From Gammaproteobacteria bacterium (GTDB lineage: Bacteria; Pseudomonadota; Gammaproteobacteria; Steroidobacterales; UBA11654): a DNA stretch of 64,000 nucleotides. The DNA is taken from NCBI GenBank assembly GCA_029242945.1, contig JAQWSZ010000035.1, forward strand, positions 12,695 to 76,694, in the 5' to 3' direction. Every line of letters begins with the position of its first letter. The first letter of the stretch is position 1. Below the pieces are notes generated by a model that saw only the letters and a program-made list of their open reading frames with translations, did not search any database and had not been told where the DNA came from. Positions 8,877-18,683 of the stretch are shown one piece after another. The position numbers and the translations under genes were made by a program.

Positions 8877-9665
8877 CTACTCTTGGTAAGCAATCCATAT
8901 TTTCAAAACACCATTCGGTACTGAGAATATCCCATCCCAACCTGAAGGCACAAGAATACCTTCTCCTGGGTTAGTAATAAGTTGCTCACCATTCTTATTG
9001 GTTAATATGATGGAGCCTTTCAGTGGATACATAAATTCATGAAATGTCTCAGAACCAGAAACAGAACCTGCACTTGATTCCCATAGGCCAATCTGAAACG
9101 TTTCATTTTTATTTGAAAAAAATGTGAGATCCCTTGCTGTTAAATCACTTTCACCAGGAGAATATTCTTCAAAGTCACCCAGCTCATATTGAAACACTCT
9201 AGCATCATTAATTTTTACAATGTAATTAGCATCAACATTCTCAGTTTCATTAATTCCATCAACGGCATAGATAATTTTTAAATCTTTTGTAATTGCGAAA
9301 TCACCCATCCAGCCTTTAGGAATCATAAAGGATTCACCTACTCGATAAATATGGTTATGCCCATCGACAGTTTTTGTCAAAACTTCACCTTCTAGAATAT
9401 ACATATATTCATTATAAGGATAAGGTTCATCAATGATTTCTGAACCTACTTTTGATTGATAAATTCCAATAATAAAGTTTTCATCATTGGATGTGAATAT
9501 TTCAAGATCTTTAGATAAAAATTCAGCATAACCAGTATCAACAGACTCAAACTCTATTACTTGTAGTTCATCGAAAGTATTTTTATTCAATTGAATTAAA
9601 TCTGATGCGTTAGATACATGAATTAATGAAAAAAAAATCGAAGCAATAGTTAAAAATTTATACAT
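8877..9665 (-). CDS. secreted tandem-cupin (bicupin) protein
   Basis: Signal-like N-terminus. Two similar halves, each with a cupin-like block (EYMYILEGEV...GESFMIPKGW and EFMYPLKGSI...GEGILVPSGW). Confidence 0.55.
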   Translation of the reverse strand: MYKFLTIASIFFSLIHVSNASDLIQLNKNTFDELQVIEFESVDTGYAEFLSKDLEIFTSNDENFIIGIYQSKVGSEIIDEPYPYNEYMYILEGEVLTKTVDGHNHIYRVGESFMIPKGWMGDFAITKDLKIIYAVDGINETENVDANYIVKINDARVFQYELGDFEEYSPGESDLTARDLTFFSNKNETFQIGLWESSAGSVSGSETFHEFMYPLKGSIILTNKNGEQLITNPGEGILVPSGWDGIFSVPNGVLKIWIAYQE

Positions 9666-9679
9666 CCAATAATTATAGT

Positions 9680-10162
9680 CTACTTATGTCTTAATCCTAG
9701 CCTTAAATCAAAATCTAATTTGCCTGCTTCATTATGTCTTTGCATAACTTGTTCAAGACTCTGTAAAATTTTCTCAGGCATATTTGTAGTTTTTCTAATA
9801 TTCATATCCACATGAGCCACTATTGTTTCTGAGATAGCAGCTAACTCATTATCTTTATTGAGAAGAATCCCAACAAAATGTATTAGCTTATGATTGGAGT
9901 CAATTATTTTAAATCTTGAATAAATCGTTTCACCCTCAATAAATTCTTTCAAATATCGAATACTATCTTCTAAAGCAAAAGTTGAAAATCCTTCCTTAAA
10001 ATAATCTTGATCAAACCCAATTTCTTCAAACAGTGGTCTAGAGTAAACATCAAAAGATCGGAGATAATAAGCCACATTCATATGGCCATTGATATCACAC
10101 ATGTCTTCTGTCACTATTTTCTCAGCACCTATGTATGGAAATTTATTTTTAATATCGGTCAT
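9680..10162 (-). CDS. hotdog-fold acyl-CoA thioesterase (4HBT-like)
   Basis: 160 aa; CDINGHMNVAYYLRSFD block resembles the YbgC/4HBT catalytic region. Confidence 0.65.
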   Translation of the reverse strand: MTDIKNKFPYIGAEKIVTEDMCDINGHMNVAYYLRSFDVYSRPLFEEIGFDQDYFKEGFSTFALEDSIRYLKEFIEGETIYSRFKIIDSNHKLIHFVGILLNKDNELAAISETIVAHVDMNIRKTTNMPEKILQSLEQVMQRHNEAGKLDFDLRLGLRHK

Positions 10163-10864
10163 TTAGTCATCATTTGTTTTATTAAAATAGAGATATATTG
10201 CAGCGGATAAGCCTGCAGTACTAAAAATCATACACATTACCATAATTTGATAACGAGCTGCAGTTAATGGATCAATACCAGATAGGATTTGTCCAGTCAT
10301 CATTCCTGGAAGCGCCACTAAACCAACAGCTAATAGAGCATTAATTTGAGGAATCATTGCAGCTCCCATAGCAATTTTTCTGGCTTCAATATAGCTTTCA
10401 CCTCTATTGATTTCAGCTGTAAATCGTTCTCCAACTAAACTGATTGTATTCATACTGTTAGCAAATACCATACCTGATAGTGGAATTATATATTGAGGTT
10501 CAAACCAGCGAGGAAGCTCTAAAATAATTTGAGTAACCAATAATAGAACGCCAATTCCACTAATTCCAAGAGAGATAAAAATAATAGAGAATGCTCTTAT
10601 GCCTTTTTGTTGTAATGGACGAAGAGCAATATAAGAAGACATCAGAACCATAAATATTACAACTAAAAGAACTAATATTGGACTGTCAGTCTCAAATATA
10701 TATGTCAAAATATAGCCTACTAACAAAAGCTGTATAAGCATTCTAATATTGGCATAAATTGCTTGTATAGAATCAAGCTCCCATAACTTCATAATGAGAA
10801 TCAATAGAATGACTGGTATAAAACCTATCAGAAGACTGGTAATTGATATTATATTAACTGACAC
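10163..10864 (-). CDS. FetB/YbbM-like (UPF0014) ABC-type permease
   Basis: 233 aa polytopic membrane protein. The QLLLVGYILTYIF block resembles E. coli YbbM/FetB. No adjacent ATPase gene. Confidence 0.6.
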   Translation of the reverse strand: MSVNIISITSLLIGFIPVILLILIMKLWELDSIQAIYANIRMLIQLLLVGYILTYIFETDSPILVLLVVIFMVLMSSYIALRPLQQKGIRAFSIIFISLGISGIGVLLLVTQIILELPRWFEPQYIIPLSGMVFANSMNTISLVGERFTAEINRGESYIEARKIAMGAAMIPQINALLAVGLVALPGMMTGQILSGIDPLTAARYQIMVMCMIFSTAGLSAAIYLYFNKTNDD

Positions 10865-10886
10865 TATTTCTATGATGAATTAAGCA

Positions 10887-11342
10887 CTATGAATGCTTAA
10901 TATTCATAGTGATTTCAGCAGTAAATACGGTTTCATCATTTTTGTCTTTAATAATCACTGGCACAAGTGTTTCTCCTTCTTTGCTCCAGTCTATCCCAGT
11001 ACCATCAGAGATAGCCGTCAAATCAGTTTTAGCTTTCTTGAGATACTTTACTGTCATACCTGATGGGATCCATCTACTTTTATCTTTGACTGAAACTTCT
11101 GTCATAAGACCGCCTGCAAATTCAGCCATATTGCACATCGCTATGGCATGAACAGTATTAATATGGTTTGTGACTGCTTTTCTTTTTTTTATTTTTATCT
11201 CAACATAATTACTCTCAATCTCAATAATCTTAGGTCGAATTGATAAAAAGTAAGGGGCGTTAAGACAGATGCCTAGGCCAAATAGTTTTTTTCCGAATGG
11301 ATAATTAATGGCTTTTTTATATAATTTTAGTGTCTTTCTCAT
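10887..11342 (-). CDS. hotdog-fold protein (DUF4442/PaaI-like)
   Basis: 151 aa; NTVHAIAMCNMAEFAGG block typical of PaaI-like hotdog proteins. Confidence 0.5.
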   Translation of the reverse strand: MRKTLKLYKKAINYPFGKKLFGLGICLNAPYFLSIRPKIIEIESNYVEIKIKKRKAVTNHINTVHAIAMCNMAEFAGGLMTEVSVKDKSRWIPSGMTVKYLKKAKTDLTAISDGTGIDWSKEGETLVPVIIKDKNDETVFTAEITMNIKHS

Positions 11343-11490
11343 ATTTATTTATTAGTTATCAATCTTAGCATACTCAATCCAATCAAGTAGTAAACGATGC
11401 TGATCTGGATATTTTTTATTAGAACAATTTTTGATAGTTACATTATTTTAACTCTAATACCTAAATAGAACTTTATGGTTTTTGTTTAGA

Positions 11491-12801
11491 TTAATCTAAA
11501 TTATATCCACGTTCCCCATGCAATGTAATATCTAGGCCATCAGACTCTTGTTCTTCTGATACTCTTAAGCCCATAGTTTTATCGATGACTTTAAGAATTA
11601 TATAACTCACGCTGCCACAATAAACAATTGTCACTATGACTCCTATCATTTGTGCTAAAACTTGAGAACTGATTGTTCCATCTATGCCAGAACCTCCAAA
11701 TGTTGCTGATGAAAATACACCCGTTAGTATCGCTCCAACAATTCCCCCTACTCCATGAACACCAAAGACATCTAAAGAATCATCGTAGCCTAGTTTTCTT
11801 TTTAGAGATGTTGATGCAAAATAACAGACAACGCCAGATGCCAAACCTATAGCAATTGCACCTAATGGGCCGACACTTCCAGATGCTGGAGTTATAGCAA
11901 CTAAACCTGCAACAGCTCCTGTAATGATTCCTAATAGACTGGCTTTATTTGAAAATATTTTTTCCATTAATGCCCAGGTTAAAGCTGCTGCAGCTGTGGC
12001 TACTTGTGTCACAAGCATTGCCATAGCAGCAACTCCATCTGCAGCAAGTTCACTGCCTGCATTAAAGCCAAACCAACCTACCCAAAGCATGCATGCTCCA
12101 ATAAAGGATAAGGCTAAATTATGAGGTGCCATTGGTGTACGAGGATAACCAATCCTTGGACCAATCACTATACAAGCAACCAAAGCTGCTATACCAGCAT
12201 TGATATGAACAACAGTACCTCCAGCAAAATCAATAATGCCAAAATTACTCAAATAACCACCACCCCATACGTTATGACATATTGGTGCATAGACTAAAAT
12301 TAGCCATAATGCTGAGAAAACAGACATAGATGAAAACTTCATTCGGTCAGTAAATGCTCCAACGATTAAAGCAGGCGTAATTATTGCAAAAGTAGCTTGA
12401 AACATTACAAATAAACTTTCAGGAATGGTGCCTGAAACAGCATCAACTGTAATACCATTAAGAAACATGTTTCCAAAACCTCCCCAAAATGCATTCGGCT
12501 CTCCAAATGCGAGTGAGTAGCCAAAAACAACCCAAATTAATGTTGCAATACCTGCAATCGCAATACATTGTGCAAGTACGGAAAGAATATTTTTACTCCT
12601 AACTAGGCCTCCATAAAAAAGTGCTAAACCTGGAAGTGTCATAAATAAAACCAGTGCACTAGCTGTTAACATCCAAGATGTATCACCTGAGTCTAATTCA
12701 TCAGTGTAGCCAACTGTTGGTATCAAAATACCTACCAAACAAGCAAATAGCCCAAAACTAGTCATTAATTTTTTTAAATTTAATATTGTTGATTTGTCCA
12801 T
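11491..12801 (-). CDS. amtB: ammonium transporter AmtB
   Basis: Amt family motifs (DFAGGTVVHINAG, WFGFNAGS, GVHGVGG). Start set at the ATG at 12801, preceded by AGGAA. The track start at 12852 would overlap glnK. Confidence 0.9.
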   Translation of the reverse strand: MDKSTILNLKKLMTSFGLFACLVGILIPTVGYTDELDSGDTSWMLTASALVLFMTLPGLALFYGGLVRSKNILSVLAQCIAIAGIATLIWVVFGYSLAFGEPNAFWGGFGNMFLNGITVDAVSGTIPESLFVMFQATFAIITPALIVGAFTDRMKFSSMSVFSALWLILVYAPICHNVWGGGYLSNFGIIDFAGGTVVHINAGIAALVACIVIGPRIGYPRTPMAPHNLALSFIGACMLWVGWFGFNAGSELAADGVAAMAMLVTQVATAAAALTWALMEKIFSNKASLLGIITGAVAGLVAITPASGSVGPLGAIAIGLASGVVCYFASTSLKRKLGYDDSLDVFGVHGVGGIVGAILTGVFSSATFGGSGIDGTISSQVLAQMIGVIVTIVYCGSVSYIILKVIDKTMGLRVSEEQESDGLDITLHGERGYNLD

Positions 12802-12841
12802 AATCTTATTCCTGAATATTTTATTGCTGTATGTTGAATTC

Positions 12842-13213
<372 letters not shown>

Positions 13214-13308
13214 TCATCATATTACGAGGGAAGTAATAATTAAATACATCAACAAGAATCTTGAGTTTATTGAGTTGTCTCTTCATTAAATTATTGCTAT
13301 GAATCAGA

Positions 13309-13947
13309 TTATTCAAAAGAAAAACCTTTACCAAGACTCAAGATTAAAAAATTATCTCCTGATGGTCCAACCAACGTACTGTCTGATGAAATATATTTAA
13401 TAGTGGCATCTAATTCAGCTACTGTAAAACCGTATCCAAATTCAATATAACTGCCTGCAGCGTCTTGAGAAAAATCTCCATAGGTGACATAAAGTCCATT
13501 TTCAAAAGCATACGATGCTGAAACAAAAGTATAATCTAGAGTTGGTCCATCGAAGTTTTCATAATCACCAAAAGCTCCATCAAGGCAAAACGAGCTGTAG
13601 CAAAATCCTAAATTAATCTCTTCATAAGTATCATCAAAGTCATCGGTATAGTAATAACCTGTGAATCCAAGATTGTATGTAAAATCACCCGATTCATCAG
13701 AGCCTGAATAACCAAAAAATCCATCCACTTCTAATCCTTCAGTCACTTGTGCAGCCCAAGTACCTGCATAAAAGCCATTCGATGAATAATCCAATCCAGC
13801 TGATGCTGAAGATTTTTCCTGTGCGATGCCTCTAAAGATATACTCACTCTCATAACCAACATTAGCTGATGTCTCAGCATTAAGTTGATGAGGTGAAAAT
13901 AATAGAATTAAAAGTATTGAAAATAAGATATTTTCATTATTATTCAT
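13309..13947 (-). CDS. small outer-membrane beta-barrel protein (TIGR02001-like porin)
   Basis: Signal peptide. YIFRGIAQ and GFYAGTWAA blocks and a C-terminal aromatic residue pattern. Heads the glnK-amtB cluster. Confidence 0.6.
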   Translation of the reverse strand: MNNNENILFSILLILLFSPHQLNAETSANVGYESEYIFRGIAQEKSSASAGLDYSSNGFYAGTWAAQVTEGLEVDGFFGYSGSDESGDFTYNLGFTGYYYTDDFDDTYEEINLGFCYSSFCLDGAFGDYENFDGPTLDYTFVSASYAFENGLYVTYGDFSQDAAGSYIEFGYGFTVAELDATIKYISSDSTLVGPSGDNFLILSLGKGFSFE

Positions 13948-14010
13948 TGGCTTAGACTCCTAAAAAAGTTAGTAAATGATTAACTCATTGGTTCGAAAAA
14001 AATTAGATAA

Positions 14011-14028
14011 ACACAAGGGATGTGCCTT
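14011..14028 (-). promoter_or_regulatory. candidate sigma-54 promoter for porin-glnK-amtB
   Basis: The reverse complement reads AAGGCACATCCCTTGTGT. GG and TTGT have the -24/-12 spacing of TGGCAC-N5-TTGC, but the -12 GC is GT. It lies about 65-80 nt upstream of the ATG at 13947. Confidence 0.3.
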
Positions 14029-14241
14029 ATTTTTTTTATAAATGGTAACTTATTTAGAGAACTGTTTAGCTTCTTGCTGCAAATTTCTCTTCGTATGGGA
14101 GTGAATATACTAGCTGCTTTTTTTCTGTCAAGAAAAAATAAACTTTAGGCTATTTTTCCTTCTTAAAGTATTATTTCTTCATAAATGATACTGAACAGAA
14201 TAAAATTTTTCCGCAATCGTGGCATGTAATTATTTGACAAT

Positions 14242-15081
14242 ATGAGTCCTCAATCTAAATTACTACTATCCTCAATTGCATTGGGTACAACAATTGCTCT
14301 CTTCTCAATTATTGACACAAATAAAAATTATGTGAAGTTGCCCAATCATGTTCTTGCTATTGTCAATGATGTTGTCATTGAAAAAAATAAATTAGACATC
14401 GTTCTAGATCTAATGGCACAAGATAAAAAAGAACGTTTAACAAAAAAAGACCAAGCACTTGCAATTGAAAGAATTATTGAAGAAGAACTACTCGTGCAAT
14501 ACGCCTATTCAAATGGACTCCTCAATGCTGATGAAAACATCAGAAAAACTATCATACGATCTGTTATTGATACTGTTGTTGATCAAGTCATAGCAATTAA
14601 ACCAAATGAACAAGTACTGAAAGATTTCTATTTATCAAATCAGCCAATTTTTACTCTAGGTGAAGAGGTCAAAATCATTGTCCTGAATATTAAAAGCCTG
14701 GATGATGCGAATAACATCATTAGAATCTGGAAGGAAACCAAAAATGAATCACTATTATTAATTAAAGATACAATAAGGCAATCAACTATACCGAATGATT
14801 TCATACCATCGATAACTCTACCTCGATTGATTGGACCTAAACTTGCAAAGGTTGTTGACCGTCTAGAACTATATTCAATCAGCAAACCTATTGAAAATTA
14901 TTCTGATTACAGTGTAGTAATTCTAAAAGATCGAAAAAATAAAAAAACACCCGATTATAAGAATATAAAACAAACAGTATTACAAGAATACAAAAGAAGG
15001 ATGAGAGAAGACATACTGTCTAATTTAGTAGCAGATCTAGAGAAAAAAGCTGAGATTAGAATCAACACCGACCTAAATTAA
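14242..15081 (+). CDS. membrane-anchored SurA-N/parvulin-like chaperone (degenerate PPIase)
   Basis: N-terminal TM segment. Overall layout resembles PpiD/SurA-like periplasmic chaperones with a weakly conserved parvulin-like C-terminal part. The stop overlaps the next start (TAATG). Confidence 0.5.
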   Translation: MSPQSKLLLSSIALGTTIALFSIIDTNKNYVKLPNHVLAIVNDVVIEKNKLDIVLDLMAQDKKERLTKKDQALAIERIIEEELLVQYAYSNGLLNADENIRKTIIRSVIDTVVDQVIAIKPNEQVLKDFYLSNQPIFTLGEEVKIIVLNIKSLDDANNIIRIWKETKNESLLLIKDTIRQSTIPNDFIPSITLPRLIGPKLAKVVDRLELYSISKPIENYSDYSVVILKDRKNKKTPDYKNIKQTVLQEYKRRMREDILSNLVADLEKKAEIRINTDLN

Positions 15082-16301
15082 TGTCCCACAAATTGATTAA
15101 TCAATTTTGCACACTGACACTATTGGTGTTCATTAGTTCATTTTCACACAGTGTATCTGCCCATACTAGAAGTGTTTCTTATTCAAACTGGTTGATCAAT
15201 AATGATCAAATTATCATGACATTCATTGCCCCTGCTAGAGAAGTTACAAAATTAAATGAATACCAATTACTCTATCCTGACTTAGCAGCAAGTCTGGAAA
15301 AGCATCTAGTCAATTCCATCCATCTGAACCCAAGTAGCAAGCTTATTAACAATAAAGCCTTACTGACTGAACAAGGAACGGTTGGCATAGAGCTTATATA
15401 TAAAATTGACAAGAAAAATATCCCACTAATGATTGAAATGAATGCTTTCTATGATGTGACATCCAGTCATACTCATTATGCGACCATCAATACTAGAGAA
15501 GGCTTGAACAAAAGCATTATAGTCAATGAGCAAAATCGATCATTTGAAATTCTTTCATTGGATGAAAAATCAAAAGATCAAACTATCAAAGAAGTAATTT
15601 TTGGTTATATTGATTTAGGTTTCACCCATATACTCAGTGGTTTTGATCATTTGGTATTTTTATTACTACTATTACTGTTATGCAGTAGTCTTAAAGAACT
15701 CTTCTTTACGGCCACTGGCTTTACTGTTGGGCATAGCCTAACTTTATTTTTAGCGGCATCCAATTTGGTTATACCAAATACAAAAATCATTGAATCTTTA
15801 ATAGGATTGACAATTGTCATAACAGCCATTGAAGCAATTAACCTGCCCATAATAGACAAGAAAAGAATGTGGTTAGGTTCTATATTTTTGTTTATATTAT
15901 TACTACTGATATCAGTATCTACTTCAATTATCGATAATTCATTATTCATTATCGGTATCGGTCTTTTAACCATTAGTTATCTCAAATTGATCCAAGATCA
16001 AGATACTGCATCTAGATACAGGCCATTACTAGCTTGTATTTTTGGAACAATTCATGGGTTTGGATTTGCAAATATCTTAAATGAAATGGGTATTGTAAAG
16101 ACAAATTATTTACAGGCATTATTTAGTTTCAATATTGGAGTAGAATTAGGCCAAATTCTAGTCCTTACAGTCCTTTGGCTTTCATACACCTACATAAAGA
16201 AACATACAAAAAATAAATATTTTTTTGAAATACGAAGTCTTATATCTTCAATCTTATTATCAATTGGTCTATATTGGTTGATTACAAGATTATTTATATA
16301 A
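15081..16301 (+). CDS. HupE/UreJ-family membrane protein with N-terminal periplasmic domain
   Basis: Signal peptide plus ~190-aa soluble part, then GFTHILSGFDHLVFLL and polytopic helices typical of HupE_UreJ_2. Confidence 0.65.
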   Translation: MSHKLINQFCTLTLLVFISSFSHSVSAHTRSVSYSNWLINNDQIIMTFIAPAREVTKLNEYQLLYPDLAASLEKHLVNSIHLNPSSKLINNKALLTEQGTVGIELIYKIDKKNIPLMIEMNAFYDVTSSHTHYATINTREGLNKSIIVNEQNRSFEILSLDEKSKDQTIKEVIFGYIDLGFTHILSGFDHLVFLLLLLLLCSSLKELFFTATGFTVGHSLTLFLAASNLVIPNTKIIESLIGLTIVITAIEAINLPIIDKKRMWLGSIFLFILLLLISVSTSIIDNSLFIIGIGLLTISYLKLIQDQDTASRYRPLLACIFGTIHGFGFANILNEMGIVKTNYLQALFSFNIGVELGQILVLTVLWLSYTYIKKHTKNKYFFEIRSLISSILLSIGLYWLITRLFI

Positions 16302-16331
16302 AAAGGTACTGGACTAAAGGGAGGTTGAGAA

Positions 16332-18569
16332 ATGAAAGCATTCTTAAAGAGAGTCGTCGTTATTTTATTAATTCTAGTAATCACAGCTGTTGGTTATATA
16401 TTTTCAATCTCACCACAATCAAAAACAAAATTAACAACTGATTACTTTGATACCAACCCCTTTACAACTGAACTTGCCACAAATAAAACAAGGCCTATTT
16501 TTATTGAAGATATAAAAGGTAATCAAAAACAAATTCTCTGGGGTGATACCCATGTTCATACAACCTATTCAATGGATGCTTTCTATATGTCACTCCCTAT
16601 GATGCATGGTTCTAGAGGAGCTTTTCCTGCTGCTTTTGCATGTGACTATGCACGATTTATTTCGCAACTAGATTTTTATGTATTAACAGATCATGCGGAA
16701 TCATACATACCAAGAACCTGGAAAGATCAGGTGGACAGTATTAGGCAATGCAATGCTATTTCAGGCAATGAAGATAATCCTGATTTAGTCGCGTTTATTG
16801 GATGGGAATGGACTCAAGCTGGACCAACACCTGAAACTCACTATGGGCATCATAATGTTATTTTTAAAGACTATAAAGAAGGACAAATTCCAGATAGGCC
16901 TATTGCTGCTGGTGGCGCTTTAGCTAATATTTTGAGAACCCAATTGGCTGATGTAAATAGAAATCTTTTTTTACTGGACCCACTAAACAGAGACTATTAC
17001 TGGTCCTTTGCAGACTATCTTGATGCGATTTTATCTACTCCTAACTGTGAAGAAGGAATTCCTTCAAATTATCTCCCAAAAGACTGTTATGAAAGTGCAA
17101 CAACCCCAGGAGAACTCTATGCCAAACTTGATGATTGGGGTTTTGATGTTGAGGTTATTCCACATGGGACAACATGGGGATTTTATACTCCACAAGCTGC
17201 AAGCTGGAAAGAATACACCAATACACCCGATAACATTAGACCCGATTACAATAGTCTCGTTGAAATATATTCTGGACATGGAAATTCAGAAGTGTTCTTT
17301 GATTTCCTAGAAGTGGAGATTGATGAAGAAGGAAATATGAGTTGTCCTGAACCAACATTAAACTACCTTCCAACATGTCATCAAGCAGGAGTAATTATGA
17401 AGAAACTCTGTTTGGATGAAGGGAAAACAGAAGAGACTTGCGAGAACCTTGCAATAAAAACTAGAGAGGAGTTGAATACATTTCCAGGCGGTTCAGGCAT
17501 GAGACTACTTTATGGAGCTGATAATCAATCATGGCTAGATGCAGGGCAAGCTAGAAATACGTATCTACCATCTTTCAATTACAGACCTAAAAAGTCTATT
17601 CAATATGGTCTTGCTCTAAGAAATAATAATTACAGCGATGACAAAGAACGATTTCGTTGGGGTTTCATTGGATCCAGTGATACTCATAAATCAAGAGCAG
17701 GTCATGGGTTTAAACAAATACTCAGAAATGGTGGTACAGAAGCCACAGGCGTTACAACTGAGAAATGGAGGAACCTATTAAACACAGTCACTGCTGAGAA
17801 ACGAAAAAGTGGTTTGAGAACATTAACAGAACTCCAAGAATTACGAGGGCCATCTGCGATTGATACTGAAAGACAGATGAGTTTCTTTACCCTCGGTGGC
17901 TTAATGGCAGTGCATTCAGAAGGACGTGATCGTGAGTCTATTTGGAATGCAATGAAGCGAAAAGAAGTGTTTGCTACTACAGGTCATAGAATCCTAATTT
18001 GGTTTGACTTGATCAAAGGTGAAATGAAACTACCAATGGGATCAGTGACAAAACAAAAAATTAATCCCACTTTTAAAGTCAAAGCTTTAGGCTCTTTTAA
18101 GCAACTTCCAGGCTGTCCTGATTACGTTCATGAAGCGTTATCAGAAAGAAGATTGAAAAAGCTTGCTGATAATGAATGCTATAATCCATCAGATGAAAGA
18201 CACCGCTTAGTCAGAATTGAGATAATTCGAATCATGCCACAAAATAATTCCAGTGAAGATCCAAGAAATCTCATTGATGATGTCTGGAAAAGCTTTGAAT
18301 GCGACTCCAATACTATTGAATGCAATATAGAATTTACTGACGATGAATTTGAGAATAATGCAAGAGATGCTGTCTATTATGCAAGAGTAATAGAAGAAGA
18401 TATCTTATTAGTCAATGGAGCTAATTTGAGAACAAAATTTGATGATAGCGGAAATGCTATTTCTGTCGATCCTTGTTTTGGTGATTTCCGTACTGATTAT
18501 ACTGATGAATGTTTAGCGCCTGAAGGTCATAGAGCTTGGTCCTCGCCAATCTTCATTGACTATAAGTAA
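16332..18569 (+). CDS. DUF3604-like, His-rich putative metal-dependent hydrolase, membrane-anchored
   Basis: N-terminal TM anchor. PHP-like His clusters (GDTHVHTTYSMDAF, VLTDHAES, GHHNVIF, IPHGTTWG, SGHGNSE, GSSDTHKSRAGH). Many paired Cys suggest extracytoplasmic disulfides. GGGAGG RBS upstream. Confidence 0.65.
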   Translation: MKAFLKRVVVILLILVITAVGYIFSISPQSKTKLTTDYFDTNPFTTELATNKTRPIFIEDIKGNQKQILWGDTHVHTTYSMDAFYMSLPMMHGSRGAFPAAFACDYARFISQLDFYVLTDHAESYIPRTWKDQVDSIRQCNAISGNEDNPDLVAFIGWEWTQAGPTPETHYGHHNVIFKDYKEGQIPDRPIAAGGALANILRTQLADVNRNLFLLDPLNRDYYWSFADYLDAILSTPNCEEGIPSNYLPKDCYESATTPGELYAKLDDWGFDVEVIPHGTTWGFYTPQAASWKEYTNTPDNIRPDYNSLVEIYSGHGNSEVFFDFLEVEIDEEGNMSCPEPTLNYLPTCHQAGVIMKKLCLDEGKTEETCENLAIKTREELNTFPGGSGMRLLYGADNQSWLDAGQARNTYLPSFNYRPKKSIQYGLALRNNNYSDDKERFRWGFIGSSDTHKSRAGHGFKQILRNGGTEATGVTTEKWRNLLNTVTAEKRKSGLRTLTELQELRGPSAIDTERQMSFFTLGGLMAVHSEGRDRESIWNAMKRKEVFATTGHRILIWFDLIKGEMKLPMGSVTKQKINPTFKVKALGSFKQLPGCPDYVHEALSERRLKKLADNECYNPSDERHRLVRIEIIRIMPQNNSSEDPRNLIDDVWKSFECDSNTIECNIEFTDDEFENNARDAVYYARVIEEDILLVNGANLRTKFDDSGNAISVDPCFGDFRTDYTDECLAPEGHRAWSSPIFIDYK

Positions 18570-18683
18570 AAAAATACCAGCAATATGTTCTTGCCCACTA
18601 TTGATAATTTAAATCATAGCGCATTGACCCACATCAGCATATCTAATAATTTTTATAAAGAATGAATAGAGGCTAACTATAAT

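Noticed and set aside
13948-14241. Second glutamine-riboswitch copy upstream of the porin-glnK-amtB operon (also checked 54772-54913 upstream of the ALDH gene)
   Set aside because: Neither CGTTCA...GGAAGTAG...GAAGGAACG nor its reverse complement occurs in these gaps. The only other GGAAGTAG I noticed is inside the mfd coding sequence.
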